Of a DNA stretch of 64,000 nt, positions 52,169 through 64,000 are shown piece by piece. How positions within the stretch are numbered: position 1 is the first letter of the stretch; every line of letters starts with the position of its first letter. The notes below the pieces were generated by a model, which ran no database searches, had not been told where the DNA came from, and was given only the letters and a program-made list of their open reading frames with translations. The position numbers and the translations under genes are program-made. The stretch is from Catajapyx aquilonaris (Eukaryota), in NCBI GenBank assembly GCA_000934665.2, contig KZ537998.1:62001-126000 (forward strand), written 5' to 3'.

Positions 52169-55100
52169 CAGGACATGAGCTCAACATAACTTCGCCCTTA
52201 CCGGACTTGGCTGGCATAAAATAGAAGCAAAATTTTGCTGTCTAAAGCTTACCACTGATATTTTATAATCCGGATCCTAATAAGCTTAACAGATAATTAC
52301 TTTTCATGAAAAGCATCGTGGATGATTGAGTACGGTCCGTTTAATTGCTTCGACTGAATAGAAACTTGCACTTAAAGAGAATAACACCTAAAAGAATGAC
52401 AATCCTAGCTAGAGTTAACTAAGGGTACGGGGAGCAGTATTCTCAACCTCATATACTGTAGAGTTAGAATAATTAATTAGTCAAGTAGTGCAAAATACAA
52501 AATCATACAAAAAAAACGTGACACGTCGCTGCATAATATACGCACATGTCCTTTCCAGGCTGATATGTGCAGCACTCTACGGGATAAGCTTACACTAACA
52601 GTAAGCTACACGACAATGAAGGCTATAATACTCTATCATCTTGTAGGATAATGTTGGATTGAGAGAGAAAAAAAAAATCTTGGGAACGAACGGTGAAATT
52701 TTTAAATCGATAGACAGTTGTGACCCCGTTTGAAGTGCATCTTAGAACCAAGGCCAGATAATAGTATAACAAAGGACTGTGAGTCTGCAATGCAGCAGTT
52801 ATAGCATAAAATGCCGGCCCCGGTGCATCGGGTCCTTTATGTAATGTCACTAACGGTACAATCATATACACTGAAGTGCAACTCCTGCATAACCAAAAGT
52901 GTCAGTTGCGGTATTTTTTTAAAAGTATCACATACTCAGAAAATATGAATTCAAGCATAAGTGCCATTACGTCAGGAGATACAAAGTAATGTGATTTTTA
53001 TTACAGCATATTAGTTATGACTACTTGAAAAATGCCGAGTCGGGACCACACGTTATTGCCTCTTGGGTGCAGCTGACGAGTCACTATTATTGGGAATCAA
53101 ATCAAGATGGGGAAGGAAATTTATCGATTACCTATCTAACTCTTTCAGAAAACTTTTGTCTACAAAGTATGACGCTCGGATTCCCGGAAACTTCCAGAAG
53201 TTTTAATCATGCTCTTTAACCGTTTTGATCTCTGCCTGCTTCCTCCTCGCATGGAAGGCGGTGTAATAAAATATTGATATTATATCAACTTGCTTGGATT
53301 TGAAACCCAAGCCTGCACAGGCAGGATCCATTAGTAAATTTTGGGCTAAAAATTGATAAAAGATAACAATTCAGTATATGTTTTGTTCTGGTGTGCTTCA
53401 CTGTTTCTCTTTTATTATGCTCATATTACAAGAGAATTAACATAAATCAATACTGATACACTGACGTAGGTGAGTAGAAATGCAATAGTACACATTTCTA
53501 ACTTTCATTATTCCTTTGTCACGTGAGTTTAAAAAAAAGCAAATAATCATGTAAGTTATATTACTAATGAAGCTGGGATGTGGCAATGTGATGGCAAAGC
53601 CTACGTCGACGTGTCCAATATGCTTCAAAATTATTTCTACTGTACTACCTGCATATAAGTTGTAAATAAATATCCCCCTTCAAAACGCACTCGTAAAAAA
53701 CGCGCTCGTAAAAAACGCGCCACGCCGCGTCGTCTGCCGAAAAAACCTGCGAGATAGTAGTGTCTGGGTGCCAAGCCTTGCGACGAGCCAATGTCCATAA
53801 GGGCACTGTCTAAGCTCAAACCCGGGCTCTTATGAATCGTGATGCCGTAAGCTATTGTTAAGGGGACCTGTTTCCTATATGGATGAATGCGTTTGCCATA
53901 ATTAAAAATTTGATCTTGACTGGTATAGTAGATCGTGCATCTTGATTCAAAAAAAAAGAGGTTAACTTATTCAATCTTGTGTAACGTTGCGCAAAAATGA
54001 TAAATCATCATAAAACACCAAAGTAGAGAAGTTTTTGAAAATAGTTCTCTATTTTTTATTTTTTTATTTTATTTTTTACATATCTGCGACTTGGACTGTA
54101 CCATAAATTGCATCATCGTATATCCGAGCACTTCTGTGAGACTTCCGGGATTTTGATCTGCACAAATGCAGTGAAAGTCAGTCATGCAGTATATACGACC
54201 TTCTTTGAAAGCCATCCTACTCTCATGCAGTTAGGACGTGTGAACTAGGATGGAAGTGCAAGCAATATTTTAAAGTGGCATGGCCCGAAGGAGAAATATA
54301 GCTGATAAAGCTTCAGCGTTCAGCACAAACTATAAAGAAGCAATCATTTGCACTAAAAATATTATTCACTTCACAAATGGGGCTTCCCTCCAACCTTACC
54401 AAGGCTCTCTGACTCGCAAGCCAACGTTATACCTCCAATAGCATTAACATCTACATCAGAGGAGCTATCAGCAGAGATGATGTCAAGGGGAACTAACCCA
54501 TCCTTTGAGCGAGAGACAATGCCCGAATCCGCCTTGGAAGGCCTCTGCCCTGAGACCACTGCTACCGACACAGAAACTCTGGTTAGTTGTACGAGGATAC
54601 CGATCCTAAATGGACCCCGAGCATAAGATTAGACATCCCCGGTCTCGTGTTCCAGTGTAATTATTGCACGTTCCAGTGATTTTGTTTATGTCATACTTGG
54701 CGCAACTGAACCGCTCATATATGAGCCACCAGTTTCACTAGTAATTTGGAAGCCAGCTTCCTACTACATAGTATCGATGCCTTCCCCAAGCCTATCGGTT
54801 GGTTAAACAAGCACCGTTTCCTGAAAACTTGCAGAGCAGTTTCCACTGTTCCTATACTCTTGGAGATCCATCGTTTCTCTCCCCCGCCGCTGGAACAACA
54901 GTGCAAGGTGCAGGAGCAAACCAAAAGGAAGTGGGGGTTGGCGGTGAAGCTGGGGGGTCGCCTATAGCCATTCTGAAATGACATCCTGGCGCAATTTCAA
55001 AACCTAATGCGCTAAGCTGCTTCAGTGCTCACTTGGCCACGACTTGCCAACTCCTCCAGAGAAGGGAATAATTGATTTAATGCCGCATTAGAAGCCAGAG

Positions 55101-58100
55101 TCGGCGAACCAGATGCGCAAATTATTCATCTCTGGGGGGTGTGAGGTGGTGGCTGGGAGGGAGAGAGGGAGGGAGGGAGGAACCGGGGAGGAGGAGTACA
55201 GTTCACTTCAGCCTTTCGTTATTAGCTCCGTGCTGTTGAGGTGTCGGCTTATTTGGGGGAGGGCACCAGTTTTCAAATAGGATTATATGGCGGAATGCGA
55301 TTTCCGCCTCATCAATCTTACCAGTGCGAGATATAGCTAGGTTTGCACTATGATTTCAACATTCTGATACCATGTTACGTTGAATTAAGGAATGACTAGC
55401 TGGGTAACTTTCGCTCATTCATGTAGCATGTAATTGAACCGACTTGCCCTGGCAGTCCTGACCTAAACGTGATAACTGATAGGGTGATAAGGACCTCATG
55501 AAGAAGCGGAATTGTCATATCATTATAATAATTTCTTTGGTCATTTGCCTCATCATCATGTATTTGGGTTGGGGCATGGAGAGGATCCGGCCTGACACAT
55601 CATGTAGGTTCAGGTATATTATCTAAAACAAGCACGATGCACACTTAATTATGTCTCTCAGTTCCTGGTTTTTCACTATAGGACCACCTGCTAAAACGAA
55701 TGTTTTTCGTCTGCCATGTATAAAAATGAGCATGAACATTCAGATGTAGCTGTTCATATTGGTAGTAAAACGTCAGCCTGCAAATCAGCTTAACTGACAC
55801 TGACTAGGACCACGAAAATATAATTATTGCGCGTATAATTTAATGTGTCCAATAATTGGTCAAAATGGAAGCAGGGGGCAAGAAAAATTATTGGACATTG
55901 CTAGTTGCCAAATATGTAAATGATGTATAACTGCATGCAAATAAGCTATATATCTACGATTTTAATTCATAGTGGCACACCGCATGTGAATGTTGGTATA
56001 TGGCTACATCCGCTAAATCATGCTTTAAATTTAATGAATTATTTCGCATAAAACCTTTTCAGCCAAAGATTTAAATTCTAATAACAACTCTTCACACGAA
56101 GCTATACAAGGTGGCAAATTCAATCTCACGATTTCAACGGGAATTCTGTAAGCCTCTTACATTTCTTTGGCTGCAGTGCCTAGGTCCTTCGTTCATAACG
56201 TGAAAAATAATCTCAACTTCCGTTACAAAAGCTCCTACATGCAAGGTCTCTCCTATTATTTTACTCCATAATCCGCCGCCGCTTTAATATATTGACAAAA
56301 AATGTCGACTCTGTGGATTTGTTTCATTAGCCCGAAACGCTGTTTACTCTACCATCCTGTCTAATCAATTAGCCAACAGAGCAAAAATAACCAATAACAA
56401 ATTATTCAGCCAGGTTCAGAGTATGAATGAACCGGTCAGTATTGGGGTATAGAGGAGAATTCAATCGCACAGTGCAGAGCAGGGAGATTTTTTTATTTTC
56501 AAACTTTCCCGCCTGACACAAAGCGATCCTTATCGAGAAAATTGAGTGTCTCAGGTGATTGAACCTCAGGGCACGTTGGACCTGCACGACCTTTATAAAC
56601 GATTTTTGAATAGCCAACACTTCTGTAGCTTCCCCCCAGAGTGAGAAGGGGCTAGAGAAAAATCAAAGACTGAGAGAGAGATTGGAGGCGGAGGGAAGCT
56701 TTGAGAGATGAATGATGACCGAACCTCTGTGAAGCTACACTTTAATTTTCGAAGGACGGGGAAAAGGAAAGGAGAAAAAGTTCATCATTGGGTTGGGAAG
56801 TCCGTTGACCGTGGACGTTAGGAACGTGACGCCGGTTACGCATGCCTTCTTGTGATTTACCAGGCCCGTTAAGGCCACGCTCGAATTCTTCTCACCCTCA
56901 GCATGAAAGCAGAGAAAAAATTTCTTGACTGTTGCAATTTTCTGTCTTTCCCTTTCTTTGGCTGGACTTCCATGCCACATCAATATGCAGTCAAGCTGGA
57001 TAACGCGCTGGGTGGGTCAATTGTAGGTAATAGTAGGCTGATATGTATCCTCAAAGTCCTTAGATCCGTTTTGACAACAGTACAGATTCATAGAACGAAT
57101 ACGTAAAGTAAAAATATTTGCTGATAGGGCCTACTGATAATTTGGAAATAGGTTTGGCAGTCCCTGTCATGACCTTACCAACGGTTCTATCGTTTACACC
57201 CCAGGGCAAAGAGATGGTTCATTTGCCTGGGCTTCCGGTGATAAAATGCAACTGAACTTTTTTCCGTGCGAAATTTCACAGGGAAGAATTACAACACAGC
57301 GATGAAGTGAGATGTCACGCTGACATCCACGTTTTTGGGTGCATCCAATCAGTAGAGAGACTAGTATTGGGTGGTGTGGAAGACCACACCAAGATTGGGG
57401 GTATTTTTTGTATTAGCATAACACAGCACTGCATATAATTAATATTTTCCTTGCTATCCCGTTGCATCACAATCTATTTTCTTATGGTGTCAGGTTACGG
57501 CTGGGCATGGAATTGTTCAGGAATGGTTACCTCCAGCAATGTATCTCATAATGCAATTGTCAGTTAATTAAATTAGACACACATGATTTACGCAAGTTGA
57601 AATCTGAGGTATGCCTATATCACCAATTTACCTTGCCTACAATTTCAATATCACCAAATTGCCCCACTCCCTCTACATAAATATTGCAAATGGCACCCTT
57701 GTTCGTATTTTCCTTGCATTGCCAAAATCAGATGTGCACTTCAACTGACCGAGTGCCGAAAATTCCAGGTACAGACCTGCACAGAAAAATATGCTACAAA
57801 TGTTAAAGGAGAGTGATAAATGTATTACAACCCATTCCTAGTGCTCTACCTTTTAGAAGTCAAATGACAGTGAAAGATGACCAAGAAGATCCAGGAATAT
57901 GAAGGGTACGCACCTACAGCTCGACATATACCTCCGGTACTAGTGTCAATGATGCATGGTACATCTGAGCTGTCTGACGTACTACGTTCCACAATTATTA
58001 AATAATTCCAGGACTCTATGAATGTAGCCCATAACCTTCACTTTTGTAAATAGGTAACAACAAGGACAATGAATGAATATTGTCACTATTTATTTGGTTT

Positions 58101-61100
58101 GTTATTCCTTTTGCCGTCATTTCTGCTGACTTGCAGACAATAGGTCTATTCGTGTATCGGCAGGTGTGGCACTTGTGTAACACCAGTGCAAGCACTGCAT
58201 TCGTTTATTCCCGTGTAAGCTCTGGTGCACGCTCTGATTGGAAAGTACATGGCCGTGACATCACTACACTCTAGCCCTTACACTATACCCACCAATAACT
58301 TAATAGATCGACCGCTACCGGTATATACTAAAGTGACTAGCGTGCATTTGCGATAGCACAAAGGGAAATTAGAAGACTATACCGAACAAATTCAATAACC
58401 ACCTTGGACGGATTATAGATCCTGGTACTGTACATTCAAGCTTTTCAACCTGGCCTGTGCAATGATCTGTACATATTGTGTACGCATTTAGCACGTACAG
58501 TGCGCGCACTTGGCTGTTGGACTGGGTTTTGTGTGGAGGAGGTGAACTCCGAAAAACTCACGCAAAGCTGCGGTTTAAAGGATTATTAGGTTGAGATTAG
58601 GGTAACTCTATGCACGTGTAACATTTCCTATCGCTTTAACTACACGCCCCTATAGATATCCTCGCATTTCAATTGCCCCAGGCCTGCATTATCGTACATA
58701 TTTATCAGAAATCATAAGGCACTATGCATCAAACAGTTGGGACACAATGACAGACAGATCATCCGCGATATTTCCGTCTATATACGAATCTGACAGTGAG
58801 CTTGCTGACGAGAACATTCGACTTTAAAAATGATTCATCGGATAAAGTGCACCTCGATTATGACCACGATTATGACATTTTAAACTTTGCTCTCTCGAGG
58901 GTCTTATGATATACTCACGATAATTATCCATGCTGCGGTACATGCCTACACAATACAGCCAGAATACAATACAGCACAATACAGAGCGCAGTTATTTGCA
59001 CAGGAATTCAACACTGAAATAAAAATCTGCGCACAGTACAATTCGAATAACACGATACAAAGATTGGTTTTGTTAGGCAATGTACCTTACCTACCTAATA
59101 TTATTGGACGCTTGCATGAATTGCTATACGTTCTGTGTACTGTTTAAACAGCTCAGTCACGTGGGATGACGGTCAATTATAATCAGCCAACACTGTACCG
59201 CCAAGTGGCCTCTAAATTAAGCTCCGATGCAGTGTATTTACAGGTGTACTCGGTGATTGTAAACTACGTGGTTATAAATCAACTCCCCACATTGTAGCGC
59301 AAAACATAATATTAATATTAATAATGAATCTAGGCCATGTAAAATGGCAGTATTCCACTGAATCACACGAACCACACGCTTTTTCAGAAGAGTGTCATTG
59401 CAAACCATTGTTACCGGAGTAGTCGTTAGTGGCAAAAGAACATTTATATTATTTTTATGGCCGGATAAACTGATGCATGGTCCTCAAAGTAGATATGCAG
59501 TTAAAGGCAGTTTAAATTGCATTTCATAGGCATGTACAAGACGGTCGTGTAACTCCCACAAAATAGGCATGTAAAGCGATTCCTTGACCTATGCCAAGAT
59601 CAAAATATGCCTATTCTGCATTATTTGTGGATATGAGATGTACCGTATCATTTGAGAGGCAGTTAAATTTTTATGCCGTCATCCACATGAATGATACGGA
59701 ATATCCTGCTGGGCGTTACCGGAGGGACCTAGCGAGAAGGTCATGGCCTGTAATTCACATGGGTACACCACCAAAACTTAATTGCCTTCACACGCTGCTA
59801 TACGGCATCTCCCAACCAAAGATTATGCAGAACATTCTGGTCTTGGCAAAAGGTCAAAGGCTAGCCTTACCTGCCCATTAATATGGAGTCACTCATCACC
59901 TTTCTCAGTCATACCTGCAGATACCTTATCAGCATATCTATCAACATAAATCATGAGACGTCCTATCTGCATTTGGAGAGCCAGCCTGTCGCGACTGACC
60001 ATGCATATAGTCACCCTCCGGGTGTCGACATTATGCGTCACTTACGTGTTGGTTGCGGATCATGCAGGATAAATCGACCCAAAATCCCTTGCCCCCCATC
60101 AAATCCCTTCTCAACATGTGTCCTACCACTCAAAAAAGCAGGCTTAAATCGCAACACTTTATCCCATTCACTCGGAGAGAGATTAAAGGGCGAAATCGTG
60201 GGGCCGGAGTAAATTGGACCAGCCAGTAGCCTTTGAAGATGTGTGTATGTCATATATTCCCATGGTGGGCTGGTCAGTCGGGGAATGGGCTGATTAAGTC
60301 TTTGGGTTGCATACATGGACCAAATTCAATTTCGTAACTCGCAGTGCAGAGAAACAGGTTGAAAAACGACACCCTCCGACAAGATACGGACAGACTTGGG
60401 TGGTCATACGAAAAAAAAAGCTCGGGTTGATGACCCCTTTTTTTCGGAAGCCAACAAACTTGATGTCATCTCATGTTTCATTCCCCTCCTGTCCCACCCC
60501 ACCACCTTAAGGGTTTCCTTCGCCGTAAGGGATTATCTGGATTGCCTCACTCCTACCACCTGTAAAATAGTAACGCTAATTATTAGGAAACCCCACAGAA
60601 TGTTCACTGTAAATCCGGAAAACGCAACAAGTTTGTCAATATTTAAACTTTAATCTTATACTAGCAAAGACAATATGTAGGCGTAGCTATTCCCATGCAG
60701 CTCTTGCTCTTCGTTATACAAATAGTCTCATCCAATTATACATGCCAGGCTGCTGTCTTTTCTTTGGTTTTAACAAAAATTTCTGCTTGTAAGTAAAGAT
60801 GCTATTCTCGATTCGATAACTAAGCTAATCCGTTTGAACAGTCTTTATATCCACTGGGTAAGATGGCTACTATAGTGTTGCAGTCCAGTGTCGGTTAAAG
60901 CCAGGGTTGGCAATAAGGTAGGTGCGAATTTATTCGTGGGGACTAGGGAATACACTTATACACGGCGGAAAGGACTATAGTGCTCTGGTCCAAATGAAGC
61001 GCATAATTAGAATGGGGGGNGGGAGGGGCTGGGGGGGGGGTTCCGTCTTAGTCATCGCGTGAAGACGAGGAGAAAATTTCCAGCACAAGATCATCATTAT

Positions 61101-62270
61101 GCGTCATCCTGGTTGGCTTTATACGCAATTTATTCTCATCAGTACGGATTTCATTTTCGTCCCCCGGTTTTGCAGTGCAGTACAGGCACGGAATTATTTA
61201 TGCGTCATTAGTTACGGCGTCCCGAGTTTCAGTGGAGATTACAGCTTCATTTACGGAATGAAATTTCGCTCGTGCAAAAATGATATAAGTCAACCGATTT
61301 CACACACACTCCTCCGATCCACACGCACAAGATTTTTTAAAAAATCCCGATACATTCCGTTGACAAGCCCTGTCAGAAGCAGTGCTCAGCTATAGCGTCT
61401 ACGGTCAGATAACAGGGTTGCTATATACGATTCGAGACCGCGACGCGACGCTGCTGCGACGTATGGAAAATGTCGCAGTAGACCAAGAAGACTAAACACA
61501 CTCAGCAATTTTCTGCGTCCAGACATAACATCCGCACTCAACTTTCCACCATGCTTAGTATAAAACTAGGATATTCCCAAATGTGGCATGTAATTAAATT
61601 ACAAAACATCCCGCCAATTTTACGCTAAAAGACACACAATACTGAGTGGTTCCAAATGGCTGTCTGCAGTTACAGATGAGGCACTCTTTAGTACCCACGT
61701 CAAATGCAGAGTAGCGTACTTAGGACTGACTGACGGCATACTGTCACATGACGCGTCTGCATGCATTAATGAGTCGTTACTTTCATTTTTTATTACTCTA
61801 AATTAAGGCGTTCGTCATATTCGCCTATCCAAGCCTTAGTGTAGGCCTATATTAGGGTCTGACGTTCCACATAAAATCCCATGCCACACATGTCATACAA
61901 AACAAATAATAGATTCATAAACATTACTCCGTATCGGGGCTATTTTAACATTACATTCATCAGAAATGCGGTTTTCACAAAATGATAATATGAATTCAAC
62001 AACTGAGTTAAAACTTGCCTTATCGCACTCATGCTCTAGATTTTAGAATTTATTCCCGACTATACATATAAATGAGGAATACAGTATGTTATTCACTGTC
62101 CAATGGTTTGGACGAAAGGGTAGCATGAAAAGCTTTCATATCGCTTTGAGCATAAAGCAATTTTTAACTGTTGAGAAATACGCACACAATGTCGGTTGGC
62201 ATCATTCTGACACCAAGACATGTTTTTTGATACAGTTTTGGACATTAATAGAGTCGTACTGCTAGCGACA

Positions 62271-62555
62271 ACCGAAGCAGGTTGGTGTAGGGGTTAAGGA
62301 GCCAGACTGCTAATCGGGAGGTCCTGGGATCAAATCCCGGGGCCGGCAACTCTGACCGTGGTTTTCTGTGGTTTCCCACGGTCCCTCCAGGAAAATTCCG
62401 GAGTTGTTTCCGTAATTAACAGGCCACAGCCACTTCCTTCCATCCCTATCCCTTCCCAAAAAGCGAAGCAAAAAGTAAAAAGCAAAGAGTTCCTGACAAA
62501 AAAAAATTGGGATGAGCTCCCCCCCTAAGAGAGCCAATGGCTCTATCACGGGGTA

Positions 62556-62615
<60 letters not shown>
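62271..62615 (+). mobile_element. tRNA-derived SINE, family 1, second copy
   Basis: Aligns with 26279-26620 end to end; (TAT)n tail; 14-bp TSD TACTGCTAGCGACA. Confidence 0.93.
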
Positions 62616-62618
<3 letters not shown>

Positions 62619-62733
62619 TGCTAGCGACATTTTCCGAAGCGGCAGAAGAACGAATCGAAGATATGGATAGTGCAAGCCGCGCGAGCAAGATTCGTTCTTC
62701 TGCCGCTTCAGAAAATTTCGCTAGCAGTATGAC
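62616..62733. repeat. Inverted repeat with ~40-bp arms
   Basis: TACTGCTAGCGACATTTTCCGAAGCGGCAGAAGAACGAATC ... GATTCGTTCTTCTGCCGCTTCAGAAAATTTCGCTAGCAGTA. Confidence 0.9.
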
Positions 62734-64000
62734 GTTAAATTGAAACAAATAAAAATCGAGATGTTGATTCACGCTTAAAATTTCCACCTTGCCTTATTGA
62801 ATGACTAGGAATAGCGTCTAGGCCTCCGGCAATGCATTTGATCCAGTAAGGTTATGTCATTCACAATTTGCGTAACATATGCACAAAAAAAGAGGCAGTC
62901 AATAGGTTAGTGCCTGAAAAACCTGTCCCCGTATAATTTGTTATGCTGTAAGGCACACCCGCTGCGAAGTTAATGTTGCCCATCCACTTGCAGGTGCAAT
63001 CGAAAGTGGTCAAGACCAGTAGGTCTACACTTTACTTTACACTTTACACGACTTCTGCATAACAATCTGTGCGTCCGTTATGCCAATCGTCTTCCCTTTC
63101 AGAGCAAATCTGTCATTGGATTTAAATTTTTCTGGAAATTGAATTGGAAAATGAATAAAATAAGACATAATTAATGTATTATACATATTAATAAATGACA
63201 ATTTAGGTGAATTAACCGATTTCTCAATCGCATACTACTTGTATTCAATAATTCAGCAACATGAACTCGCAAAGCTATAAAGTAACTTATCGGCATCAAT
63301 ATCAAAATGTAAAAATGGCCTCTCCAGCATGAATGAAAATTCAAGCTACGCCTATACCTTCAAGGTTAATAGCATATACCGTATATTCACAAACTATTTT
63401 CAGAACCACAGTGTAAACACATACGGTCATACTTAAATGATTTTTTATTGTTTTACAGAAATACTTACTAATTTTCTCTCCAATAAGCAAATGAGTACTG
63501 TACCGAACAGATACCTAACACGCGATACTGTACAATAATGTAGCAAAAAGGTTCATTTGCAAAACGTTCCCAGGAGAGGACCCCACCCAGATGGGTACAC
63601 TTTCAACTTTTTCCTGATTGCACTCTTCACGCTCTAATCTCCAGACTACGCCCCAATAGGTGTGACCTTTCTCTAAAATGTCTTGGCTTGAAAGATCAAC
63701 ATCATGCTCCACTGGTCTTAAGTGAAACAGGGCAACACAATACAATAACCCAAGGAGCAACATCCTCTAATTAAATACTTACCGGTACTGTCGCATTTTT
63801 TATTTCACCATATTGCATCAGTACTTCTTATTGGTCCTCACATCTACTTGTAGTATCAAACTTTAAGTAATATGTAATACGTAATTCAATTTCCGCTCTG
63901 GGATAGCGTAATTATATACGGCCATAATATTTTATGCGCATGCAAAATTGCGCGAAATTAGGTACAAGTTAAAGGGTCTACAGTAAAACAGTCCCATAGG

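Noticed and set aside
54371..55200. Short ORFs on both strands suggesting exons
   Set aside because: No domain similarity or consistent exon structure
62310..62787. Poly-Ile, poly-Asn and poly-Leu ORFs (also 26365-26658, 43507-43818)
   Set aside because: Translations of (TAT)n tracts
1..64000. CRISPR array, rRNA, snRNA or prokaryotic operon
   Set aside because: No regularly spaced repeats or recognisable conserved RNA motifs seen; sequence is eukaryotic and repeat-derived

Overview
Repeat-rich eukaryotic DNA, most likely from an invertebrate animal (inference from AT-richness, microsatellites, tRNA-derived SINEs, MITEs and assembly Ns). No intact protein-coding gene can be supported. Solid features are: two identical tRNA-Leu(TAG) genes in opposite orientation about 44 kb apart that share ~280 bp of upstream sequence; an antisense partial tRNA copy joined to the first gene through a perfect palindrome; five tRNA-headed SINE insertions with target-site duplications (TSDs); a 2-kb Ginger-like foldback element with ~600-bp arms; and several MITEs (Tc1/mariner, hAT, PIF/Tourist). 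Weaker, motif-level traces of decayed Polinton DNA polymerase, PIF/Harbinger, piggyBac and pogo transposases are also visible. The most interesting signals are a covarying 3' stem-loop shared by otherwise different SINE families, the tRNA-Leu inverted-duplication arrangement, and many short local inverted duplications. All protein-family calls are by eye from remembered motifs, without database searches.
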